DNA from: Candidatus Sumerlaeia bacterium | Lineage (GTDB): Bacteria; Sumerlaeota; Sumerlaeia; SLMS01; JANRJK01 | Direction: 5' to 3' | Assembly: GCA_033764015.1 (NCBI GenBank) | Contig: JANRJK010000046.1 | Location: forward strand, 32,001 to 96,000 | Length of the DNA: 64,000 nt | Part shown: piece after piece, positions 30,945 through 39,854 of the stretch | Numbering within the stretch: position 1 is the stretch's first letter | Layout of the letters: each line of letters starts with the position of its first letter | Translations under genes and position numbers: made by a program | The notes under the pieces: generated by a model | The model's input: only the letters and a program-made list of their open reading frames with translations | Told to the model about the DNA's origin: nothing | Database searches by the model: none

Positions 30945-32849
30945 ATGAAGCTGCGTTTGCTGGCGGCCCTTGCCGCATCGCTCGCCCTGACCGCCGCGTC
31001 CCCGGCGTCGAAGATCACCCTGCGCAACGGCACCACCATCGAGGCGCGCGTCGTGTCCGAGGACCGCACCGCGCTCAACGTGCAGCGCGCCGACGGATCG
31101 ATGATGCGCATCCCGCGCAACCTGGTGGTCTCCATCGAGGAGTCCGCGCCCGGCGTGCTCGAGCTGCAGCAGGCGGCCGAGGCGGTGCGCCGCAACGAAC
31201 TGCCGCGCGCGCAAGAGCTCCTCAAGGAGGCCCGCGCCAAGGGCGCCCCCGCGGACCAGCTCGCCGGCGTCGAAGCGAGCCTCGAAGCCCGCGCCCGCGA
31301 ACTGGACCTGATGGTCCACAAGGAGCAGCTCGACGCCGCCGCCGCGGCCGAGGCCCGGGGCGACCTCCAGACCGCCGTGAACGTCCTCGGGTCCGTGCAC
31401 GCCGCGCTCGACGCGGACTCGGCGATCAAGCCGGAACTCGCCGAGCGCCTCGTCGCGCTCCACCTCCAGCGCGCCCGCAACTTCCGCGACGTCGTCGACG
31501 ACGTCTCCGCCATCGGCGCGCTCCGCGCGGTGACGGAGCTCGACCCCTCGCGCATCGAGCCCTATATGGAGCTCGCCGAACTCTACGCCAAGAACTCGCG
31601 CACGCGCACCGACGCCATCGCCGCCTACGAGAAGGGCCTCCAGCTCGGCGGCGCCAAGCTCGCCGCGCGGCAGAAGGCCGACATCCACTGGCGCATCGGC
31701 GAAATCCACCGCGAGCTGCTCGACTGGCCCATGGCCTTCAAGAACTACGTCGACGCCCACCGCCTCGACCCCATGGCGAACCCGCGCCTCGCGGACCGCC
31801 TCGTCACCACCGGCGAGCGCACCGTCGAAATCTGGTCGCTCAACGAGCCCGCCCGCGCGATCCTCGGCATCGACATCATCCTCGCCGTCCGCGAGATCCC
31901 CGACCTGCTCAACATCAAGGGCCGCCTCCAGGTGGAGCAGAAGGACTTCGACGGCGGCCTCGAAACCTACCGCCGCCTCCTCGCCATCGACTCGCGCTAC
32001 CCGAACGCCAACTACAACGTCGCCCAGCTCCTCTTCCGGCGCGGCGACAACACCGAGGGACGCCGCCACCTGGAGCTCGAACTCGAGGTCGACCCGGACA
32101 GCTACGAGGTGCTCTGCCAGCTCGGCGAATTCGCCGCGGACCGCGAGGAGTACGACGAGGCGGAACGCCGCTTCACACGCGCCGTCGAAGTCGAGCCGGA
32201 GCTCACCCGCGGCCTCATCGGCCTCGCGAAGGTGATGCGCAGCAAGGCCCAGTACGCGCAGGGCATGGAGCTGATCGAGAAGGTGCTCGAGAAGGAGCCC
32301 GGGAACTTCGACGCCACCTACGAAATGGGGCGGCTCCTGCGCGCGCAGGAGAACTTCGACCGCGCCGCGGAGGCCTTCACCCGCACGCTCGACCTGCTCG
32401 AAGGGCAGGAGGACCGCACCAGCGAGGAGATGCGCAAGCGCCGCGCCGACGCGCTCATCGGACGCGGCGAGGCGCGCCTCCTCACCACCGGCCCCGCCAC
32501 CGCCAACAGCGACTTCAACGCCGCCCTCACCTCCATCCCCGACTACCCCATGGCCTACTACAACATCGGCCAGGCCTATAAGGCCAAGTTCACGCTCAGC
32601 GTCGCGAAGAACGTAGAGGACCTCGCCGAGGCCGAGCGCAACCTCGCCAAGGCCCACGAGATCGAACCCGCGAACCCCACCTACGTCCTCGCCCTCGGCA
32701 TCCTCTACCACCAGGCCCTCGGCCCCGCGGACCCCAACAACAAGGCCGCGCACTTCGCCAACGCCCGCCGCTACTTCGAGGAGTACATCCGCATGGGCGG
32801 CGCCGACGCCAACACGGTCCGCCAGTGGATACAGGACCTCGGCGCCTGA
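30945..32849 (+). CDS. exported tetratricopeptide-repeat protein
   Basis: Signal peptide, ITLRNGTTIEARV N-domain, multiple TPR-like helical repeats. Confidence 0.85.
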   Translation: MKLRLLAALAASLALTAASPASKITLRNGTTIEARVVSEDRTALNVQRADGSMMRIPRNLVVSIEESAPGVLELQQAAEAVRRNELPRAQELLKEARAKGAPADQLAGVEASLEARARELDLMVHKEQLDAAAAAEARGDLQTAVNVLGSVHAALDADSAIKPELAERLVALHLQRARNFRDVVDDVSAIGALRAVTELDPSRIEPYMELAELYAKNSRTRTDAIAAYEKGLQLGGAKLAARQKADIHWRIGEIHRELLDWPMAFKNYVDAHRLDPMANPRLADRLVTTGERTVEIWSLNEPARAILGIDIILAVREIPDLLNIKGRLQVEQKDFDGGLETYRRLLAIDSRYPNANYNVAQLLFRRGDNTEGRRHLELELEVDPDSYEVLCQLGEFAADREEYDEAERRFTRAVEVEPELTRGLIGLAKVMRSKAQYAQGMELIEKVLEKEPGNFDATYEMGRLLRAQENFDRAAEAFTRTLDLLEGQEDRTSEEMRKRRADALIGRGEARLLTTGPATANSDFNAALTSIPDYPMAYYNIGQAYKAKFTLSVAKNVEDLAEAERNLAKAHEIEPANPTYVLALGILYHQALGPADPNNKAAHFANARRYFEEYIRMGGADANTVRQWIQDLGA

Positions 32850-33736
32850 ACCGCGCCGCGCTCGCCGCCGCCGCCTGCCTAGCCCTCGCCGCCTGCGGCG
32901 GGCGCAAGTACCCGGCGTACTCGCCCCACGAGAACATCCTCTCCATCGCCACCGAGTTCCAGCTCCTCGCCGCCCAGGACCCCTACTACGATCCCCCCGC
33001 CCGCGACCTCGCCGGGCAGACGCTCGCGCGCGCCACGCTGGTCCGCCTCGAGAACTACCAGGAACTCCACCCGGAGCGCTTCGCCCCCGAAATAGACATG
33101 CTCCGCGCCCGCGCCCTCGAATGGCTCGGCGACCTCGCCGCCGCGGAGCGCATCTACGACGAACTGGCCTCCACCCCCGGCGAGCTGCGCGACACCGCCC
33201 GCTCGCGCCTCGCCGCGCTCCGCCGCGTCACCCAGGCCCCCGGCGCCCCCGACCGCGCGGACGAGCTCCTCGCGCGCCTCGAGCAGCTCGCCGCCGAATC
33301 GCGCGCCTACGCCGACCTCACGCTCGATTCGCAGGACCCCTTCTACGCCTCCCTCGCGCGCCGAGAGTGGGAGAACGCCGACGTGCGCCGCGCGGAACTC
33401 ATCGCCGCCAACGTCCTGCTCCTGCCCAACGGCGAGGAGCTCGCCCGCTCCGCCCTCGACGAACTGGTCCGCACCCACCAGAACAGCGCCCGCGCCCTCG
33501 AACACGCGCTCCGCCTCGGCGACTTCCACGCCGACATGGCCCGCCTCGAACTCCGCCTCAACCCCCCCGGCCAGGCCTTCTTCGACCGCGCGCGCTTCCA
33601 GCGCCACTACGAAGCCGCCGCCGACCTCTACTACCGCGTCTCGCAAGCCGACGGCCGCCCCGAACGCCTCGTCGCGAAACACCGTCTCGACGCCCTGCTC
33701 GCGCTCGGCACGCTGGTGTCGCAGCGGGCGGACTAG
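32825..33736 (+). CDS. helical lipoprotein, hypothetical
   Basis: Lipobox LAAC after a hydrophobic stretch; overlaps the end of the TPR gene. Confidence 0.7.
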   Translation: MDTGPRRLNRAALAAAACLALAACGGRKYPAYSPHENILSIATEFQLLAAQDPYYDPPARDLAGQTLARATLVRLENYQELHPERFAPEIDMLRARALEWLGDLAAAERIYDELASTPGELRDTARSRLAALRRVTQAPGAPDRADELLARLEQLAAESRAYADLTLDSQDPFYASLARREWENADVRRAELIAANVLLLPNGEELARSALDELVRTHQNSARALEHALRLGDFHADMARLELRLNPPGQAFFDRARFQRHYEAAADLYYRVSQADGRPERLVAKHRLDALLALGTLVSQRAD

Positions 33737-33967
33737 CGGCCGCGGCGCGCCGAACCGGGATCGCGCGCCGCCCCGGGCAGCCCCCTAAGATCGACATTGC
33801 CACGCTCGGCATCGACTCGACGCTCAAACTCAAGGTCGGCGGGGATATCGTGAGCGGCCGGCCCCTAGGGCCGCCGAGGCAATGCTGGACCGCGCCGCTC
33901 CGGTGGATCGCTTCGCATCTTGAACTAGCTAGTCTGGGCCGTTTCCCGCAACTACCCCCCCATCGAG

Positions 33968-34867
33968 GTGGACCCCTTGGGCGAATCACGTCAGCGGGTG
34001 GCGCTCGTCACCTGCAGCAAGCTGCCGGACCTCTACGAAGACGACCTGCTGCTGGTGAAGGCGCTCGCGGACCTCGGGATCGCCTCCTCGCCCGCGGTGT
34101 GGGACGACCACGGCATCGATTGGAACTCCTTCGACGCCATCGTGATCCGATCCCCATGGGACTACTTCGAGCGCGTGGCCGAGTTCCGAGCCTGGCTCGA
34201 CGCCCGCGCCGCCGGGCACGTCCCCCTGTGCAATCCGCTCGCGACACTCTCCTGGAACTTCGACAAGGGCTACCTGACGGACCTTGAGCGCGCCGGGGTC
34301 CCGATCGTGCCGACCGTTCGGATCGCGAAGGGGGAGAACGAGGACATCGCGAAGCTGGCGGGCGACCGCGGCTGGAGCGACATCATCGTCAAACCCACCA
34401 TCTCCGGAGGTGCATACCGCCTCCATCGCTTCCGCATCGAGGAGATCGACCTCCACAGGGCGGAGATCGCCCGGACGCTCGATGTGTGCGGCGTCCTGGT
34501 GCAGCCCTTCCTCCCCGAAATCCAGACCAGCGGCGAACTCTCGCTCCTCTTCTTCGGCGGCGCCTACAGCCACGCCGTCCGCAAGCGTCCCAAGCCCGGC
34601 GATTTCCGCGTCCAGTTCTCCTTCGGCGGCACCAGCGAGATCGTGGAGGTTGACAGCGGCCTCGTTGCGCAGGCTGCCAGGTGCATCGCGCACGCACCGA
34701 CGCCGCTGGCCTACGCTCGCGTGGACGGCGTGGTGAGCGACGGACAGTTCCTCCTCATGGAGCTCGAGGTGTTCGAGCCCCTGATGTTCCTGTCGCGGCA
34801 CCCTGGGGCCCCCGCGCGCTTCGCCCGCGCGATCCAAGACGTCCTCGCCCCCGCCCGCCCAGCCTAA
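33968..34867 (+). CDS. ATP-grasp ligase (RimK/glutathione synthetase-like)
   Basis: IRSPWDY, WNFDKGYL, VKPTISGGA, LVQPFL, GELSLLFFGG, YARVD, LMELEVFEP. Confidence 0.8.
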   Translation: MDPLGESRQRVALVTCSKLPDLYEDDLLLVKALADLGIASSPAVWDDHGIDWNSFDAIVIRSPWDYFERVAEFRAWLDARAAGHVPLCNPLATLSWNFDKGYLTDLERAGVPIVPTVRIAKGENEDIAKLAGDRGWSDIIVKPTISGGAYRLHRFRIEEIDLHRAEIARTLDVCGVLVQPFLPEIQTSGELSLLFFGGAYSHAVRKRPKPGDFRVQFSFGGTSEIVEVDSGLVAQAARCIAHAPTPLAYARVDGVVSDGQFLLMELEVFEPLMFLSRHPGAPARFARAIQDVLAPARPA

Positions 34868-34921
34868 CCTCCCGCGCGCTTGATCTTGCTTCCCGACACA
34901 GGACCCCAAGAAACTGCCGGC

Positions 34922-37900
34922 ATGGAGAGCGCCACGCCCCTGAACGATCTGCCTCCGCCGACCGAGACCGCGTCGGTGGTCGATTGCTCGTGGGTGCCGG
35001 ACGACATCGAGGCGTCCTACGACCCGAGCCGCGCGGGCATCCAGTCCTACACGCCGTCGCAGGCGCCGGCCGCCGCCGCGCAGGACCCGGAGACGGCGTT
35101 CATCCCGCCCGGGAGGCAGCCGCGCTGGAGCGGCGAGCCCGGGCGGGCGCGCTTCGAACTGCGCGCGCCGCTCGCGCGCGGCGGCTGCGGCGAAGTGTGG
35201 GAGGCGCTCCAGGTCCCGCTCCACCGGCGCGTCGCCGTCAAGCGGCTCCGCGAGGACATCGTCAAGGCCGTCGAGGGCACCAGCCGCGCCGTCACGCTCG
35301 ACTTCGCCTTCCGCCAGGAGGCCTTCGTCTCCGCCGCCCTCGAGCATCCCAACATCGTGCCCGTCTACGACCTCGGCGCCGACGCGGAGGGGCGCCCGCT
35401 GCTCGCCATGAAGAAGGTCGAGGGGCGCTCCTGGCGCGAGCTGCTCCGCGACGACTTCTTCCAGCTTCCCGAGGAGGAGTACTACGCCAGGCACATCCCG
35501 ATCCTGATGCAGGTGTCCCTCGCCGTCGCCTACGCGCATTCCCGCGGCGTGGTGCACCGCGACCTGAAGCCCTCGCAGGTGATGGTCGGAGACTTCGGCG
35601 AAGTGCTCCTGATGGACTGGGGGCTTTCGCTCGTGTTCCGCGAGGAGGAGTTCCAGGACGAGTCGGAGCGGCAGGTGCCGCTGCCGACGCGGGAGTTCTC
35701 GATCAACCCCGCCGGCACCCCCGCGTTCATGGCGCCGGAGCAGACCACCGCCAGCGCCGACGGCATCGGCCCCTGGACCGATGTGTACCTGCTGGGCGGG
35801 ATGCTCTACTTCCTGCTCGCGCTGCACGCGCCGCACGCGCACGCCGACAAGACGGAGACGCTGCGCCTCGCCCGCGCCGGCGTGGTGCCCAACCCCTCGG
35901 AGCGCGCGCCGCACCGCTTCATCCCGCCCGAGCTGGAGCGCCTCGTCGCCGACGCCACCGCGCCGCGCCGCGAGGACCGCATCGCGCACGCGGAGCAGTT
36001 CCACGCGCGCCTCGCCGAGTTCCTCGGCGGCACCGCCCGCCGCAAGGAGTCGCTCGACCTCACCGCGCAGGTCGAGGAGGCGCTCCGGACGGCCCCGGCG
36101 GACTACGAGGCGCTCGCCGCCCTCTCCGCCACGAACGACCGGGCGGCGATCCTTTGGCCCGCGAACCCGCGGGCGCGCGAGCTCCGCCAGCGCGTCTCGA
36201 AGCGCATCTGCGACGTGGCGCTCGAACGCGGCGACCTCAGCCTCGCCGCCACCAGCGCGCTCCGCCTGGACGAGGGGCGCGCGGAATACCGCCTCCGGGT
36301 GGCGGACGCGCGCGAGCGCATGGAGCGCGAGGAGCGCCAGCGCCGCACCGCGCTCGCAGCCTCCGCCGTGCTGGTCGCCGCGGTGGTCCTGCTCATCTCC
36401 GTCTTCAGCGTCTCCCTCGCCCGCGAAAAGTCCCGCGCCGAGGCCGCCCGCGACGAAGCCCGCGCGGCGTCGGAAATCGCCGACGCCGCCCGCGCCGACT
36501 CGGAACGGCTCCTCTCCTTCGCCCTCGGCGACCTGCGCGAACGGCTCGACGAGCTGGGCCGCCCGGACCTGCTCTCGGAAACCGCCCTCCGCGCGCTCGA
36601 GGTGTACCGCAAGCAGCCTTGGGACCGCCTCGACGAGGAGGGCCGGTTGCGGCTCGTGTCGGGGCTGATCGAGACCGCGGACGTCTTCGCGACCATCGGC
36701 AATGTCGCCAGCTCGGGCGAAACCGTGGCGCTGGTGGAGGAATACACGAAGCGCGGGCTCGCGGAGTACGCCTCCCCCCGCTGGAAGGTCGCCCGCGCCG
36801 AGACTCTCTCGGCCCGTGCCGAGGTCGAGTACCTGCGCGGCGACAGCGAAGCCGCCCGGGGCACCGCGGAGGCCGCCGCGGATCTGGGGCGGCGCGCGGC
36901 GAGCGAAGACCCGTCGCCCGCCAACCGCCGCGCCTTCGCCGACTTCCTCTCGCAGGCCGGCAACGCCCAGGCGGACCTCGACGACTCCGGCAAGTCCTTC
37001 CTCTACATCGACGAGGCCACGGCGGTACTTCGCGCGCTGGTCGCGGACGGGGAGGACGCATCGGTCGAGCTTGCGGAAGTCCTGGTGGACCGCGGCCGCC
37101 TGCGCATGACGAGCGGAAAGTACGGCGAGGCCGAAGCGAACTACGCGGAGGCGCTCGCGCTGCTGCCGGCGGACGTCGATCCCGCGCGGGACGCGCACGC
37201 CGCGGCGGCCCTCGCCGGCATCCACGGCCACACCGGATGGCTCGCCTCGCTGAGGGGGGACCTCGCCACGGCGCTGTCGGACTACGAGAAGTCCCACGCG
37301 CTCTGGGCGACGCTCCACTCCCACGCGCCGGCGAACACCTACTACGCCTACCGCGCCGGCCGAGCCATCGGCGAGGTGGCCGAAACGCTCTTCACCCTTG
37401 GGCGCCTGCGCGAGTCGCGCCAGCGCTTCCTCGAACGGCTCGCCCTCACCCGCCAGTCCGCGGCCCTCGATCCCGAGGCGGGAGGGTACGCCGCGGACAT
37501 CCGGAGCCAGCTTTCATTCCTCGCCGTGCTCGACGGGCGGCTTGGCGACGCCGCCTCGCGCCGCACCCACCTCGAAGCCGCCGCCGCCATGGCGCTCGAT
37601 GCCCGCGAAGCTGCCAACGACAGCGACGAATGGCGGCTCGACTACGCCGAAGCCTGCCTCGACCTCGCCCGCCTCGACGCCGAGGAGGACCGCTTCGAGA
37701 GCGCCACCGCGCTCGCGGACGGCGCCGAGGCGCTCCTGCTCGAGGTAGACACCGCGGCCGCGCCGAACCTGCTTCCGATGGTCGCCACCGGGTTGGCGGA
37801 GGCGGACTGGGTCCGCGGCATGGCCTCGCGCGACGTCGAGGAGAACCTCCGTTTCTCCCGCGCCGCCCTCGGCCGGTTCTCGATCGCCGAGGATGCCGGC

Positions 37901-38509
37901 GCGAGCCCCCAGACCTGGCTGCTTCCCTACCTGTACCGGATGGCCGCCCTCGCGGACCGGCTAGCCTTCCTCGACCGCCCGGAGGAGGCGGAGACCCACT
38001 ACCGCGAGGCGCTCCGCCGCGCCGCGGAGTTCGTCGAAAATGGCACCTGGCGCGTCCCCACCAGCGAGTTCGTCGCCTCCACCAGCCTCTCCCTCGCGGA
38101 GCTCCAGCTCCGCCGGCGCGACCCCTCCGCGGCCAGCGCCGGACTGGCCGACGCCCGCGCGGCGGTCATCGAACTGGCCGACGCGATACCCGACGAGGAA
38201 CTCCTCGCGCTCGAGGCGCGCGGAGCCCACCTCGAGGCCCGCCTCCGCGCGCTGATGGGCGACGCCACCGGAGCCGCCGCGGCGTTCGAAGAGGCCGCGG
38301 TCGAGATCGACACCATGCTCGCCGCAACCGAGTCGCCGCTATCCGCGCAGGAACCGCTCCTGCTCCGCGCCGCCGCATGGACGTACCACGCCACCGGGCG
38401 CCACGACCGGCGCGACGAGGCGCTCGCCGCGCTCAACGGATCATGGGCCTACGACGACGAGCTCCGCGCCTACCTGGCGGCGGAGCCGGAAGCTCCGCCG
38501 GACCGCTGA
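34922..38509 (+). CDS. membrane Ser/Thr protein kinase with TPR-like C-terminus
   Basis: RGGCGEV, VAVK, HPNIVPVYD, HRDLKPSQ, DWG, GTPAFMAPEQ, TDVY; one TM helix; helical repeats. Confidence 0.9.
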   Translation: MESATPLNDLPPPTETASVVDCSWVPDDIEASYDPSRAGIQSYTPSQAPAAAAQDPETAFIPPGRQPRWSGEPGRARFELRAPLARGGCGEVWEALQVPLHRRVAVKRLREDIVKAVEGTSRAVTLDFAFRQEAFVSAALEHPNIVPVYDLGADAEGRPLLAMKKVEGRSWRELLRDDFFQLPEEEYYARHIPILMQVSLAVAYAHSRGVVHRDLKPSQVMVGDFGEVLLMDWGLSLVFREEEFQDESERQVPLPTREFSINPAGTPAFMAPEQTTASADGIGPWTDVYLLGGMLYFLLALHAPHAHADKTETLRLARAGVVPNPSERAPHRFIPPELERLVADATAPRREDRIAHAEQFHARLAEFLGGTARRKESLDLTAQVEEALRTAPADYEALAALSATNDRAAILWPANPRARELRQRVSKRICDVALERGDLSLAATSALRLDEGRAEYRLRVADARERMEREERQRRTALAASAVLVAAVVLLISVFSVSLAREKSRAEAARDEARAASEIADAARADSERLLSFALGDLRERLDELGRPDLLSETALRALEVYRKQPWDRLDEEGRLRLVSGLIETADVFATIGNVASSGETVALVEEYTKRGLAEYASPRWKVARAETLSARAEVEYLRGDSEAARGTAEAAADLGRRAASEDPSPANRRAFADFLSQAGNAQADLDDSGKSFLYIDEATAVLRALVADGEDASVELAEVLVDRGRLRMTSGKYGEAEANYAEALALLPADVDPARDAHAAAALAGIHGHTGWLASLRGDLATALSDYEKSHALWATLHSHAPANTYYAYRAGRAIGEVAETLFTLGRLRESRQRFLERLALTRQSAALDPEAGGYAADIRSQLSFLAVLDGRLGDAASRRTHLEAAAAMALDAREAANDSDEWRLDYAEACLDLARLDAEEDRFESATALADGAEALLLEVDTAAAPNLLPMVATGLAEADWVRGMASRDVEENLRFSRAALGRFSIAEDAGASPQTWLLPYLYRMAALADRLAFLDRPEEAETHYREALRRAAEFVENGTWRVPTSEFVASTSLSLAELQLRRRDPSAASAGLADARAAVIELADAIPDEELLALEARGAHLEARLRALMGDATGAAAAFEEAAVEIDTMLAATESPLSAQEPLLLRAAAWTYHATGRHDRRDEALAALNGSWAYDDELRAYLAAEPEAPPDR

Positions 38510-38520
38510 CGCGCCGCGGG

Positions 38521-39573
38521 CTACTTGCCCTGGCTTTCGATCTCGAGGATGTAGCCGCCCACGCGCTCCAGCAGCCGCACGTGCTTCAGCGCGAACTTCC
38601 GCTTCACCTTGCGCGTGTCGAAGTACAGCACGCCCTTGCGCTTGTTCTGCACCAGCAGCGGCGTCGCGATGTAGGAGACGACGTTCAGCTTCATCATCGA
38701 CGCGCTCGCGTCCATCGCGGGGCCGCCGCCGACGCCGACGTTCGACAGCGACTTGCGCGTCATGTACGCCTTGTTCGCCACCGTCAGGGGCACCGGGTGC
38801 TCCTTCTCGTAGGTGGTCCACTGGCTGGCGTCGCCGATCCAGGACTTGATCACCCAGCGGTTGCGCTCCCCGTCCGCCACCATCACGAAGCCGTTGTCCG
38901 CGTCGAGCGCCGCCTTCAACTGCCTGAGCACCACCTGGTACAGCGCGGCCTCTTCGCTCCCGCGCGCCTTCGCCAGCTCGCCCAGGATCCCCGCCAGCGT
39001 CTCCGCCACCCACAGCGTGTCGTCCGGCGTCATCATCTCCGGCGACGTCGCCGGCGTGCTGCTCATGTCGACCCCGGGGATCGGCTCGAAGGCGTTCGGC
39101 ATCGAGGCGTTCTCCACCCCGACCTCCTTCTCGGGCGCCGTCACGCCCTTCGCCTGGCCGATGAAGGTTGGGATGTGCACACCCTCGTCCGGACGCGGGT
39201 GGTCGATCGCCTGGCGCAGCGCCTCCTCGTGGACCTTGAAATCGTAGCGCGTCTCCCACGGGTCCGCGTGCTTGTTCGCGTCCGCGTTCAGGAAGACCAC
39301 CTCGCACTGGCCGAACTTCAGGATGTCGCCGTCCTTCAGCTTGTGCTCCGTGAACTTGCGGCCGTTCACCAGGCTCCCGTTCGAACTCCCGAGGTCGCGC
39401 ACCACCCAGTCGCCCATCTCGTAGGTGATCTCCGCGTGCCGGGACGAGATCGAACGGTCCTGCAACGCGACGACGTTGTCCGAGGAGCGTCCGATGGTGG
39501 TGAGGCGCCCGATTTCGAGCGTGACGTTGAAGGCCCAGATGCCGGGGCCGTCCACAAGAAGCTTGGTCGCCAT
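38521..39573 (-). CDS. FHA + GAF domain protein
   Basis: IGRSSDN..ISSRHA..DLGSSNGSLVNG (FHA); SYIATPLLVQNKRKGVLYFD (GAF). Confidence 0.85.
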   Translation of the reverse strand: MATKLLVDGPGIWAFNVTLEIGRLTTIGRSSDNVVALQDRSISSRHAEITYEMGDWVVRDLGSSNGSLVNGRKFTEHKLKDGDILKFGQCEVVFLNADANKHADPWETRYDFKVHEEALRQAIDHPRPDEGVHIPTFIGQAKGVTAPEKEVGVENASMPNAFEPIPGVDMSSTPATSPEMMTPDDTLWVAETLAGILGELAKARGSEEAALYQVVLRQLKAALDADNGFVMVADGERNRWVIKSWIGDASQWTTYEKEHPVPLTVANKAYMTRKSLSNVGVGGGPAMDASASMMKLNVVSYIATPLLVQNKRKGVLYFDTRKVKRKFALKHVRLLERVGGYILEIESQGK

Positions 39574-39854
39574 GGGCGCGGGAAACTCCGGGTCGGGGAT
39601 TAGCGGCGCGCTCGCGCCGGAAGGAAGCTCGGGGGGGGTCCTTCGCCGCCGCGGAACGGGCGGCGGCGAAGGACCGGCTTGTAGGCTGGTTGGCCGTCTC
39701 CGGGGGGTCAAGGGGCCAGCCCGAACCCCCGCCGAACCGCGTGGAGCCGCCCGTCGCCGGTAACTCCTTGCCAGTCCGCCACGCCCGCGACAGCATGCCC
39801 CGCGGAAATCGCTCCGCGAGGACCTATCCCTCCGCCCCCCGGAGGCCCGTCGGC

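Noticed and set aside
33737..33967. Intergenic stretch with protein-like translation (PKIDIATLGIDSTLKLKVGGD)
   Set aside because: No start or RBS and too short to assign; at most a gene remnant
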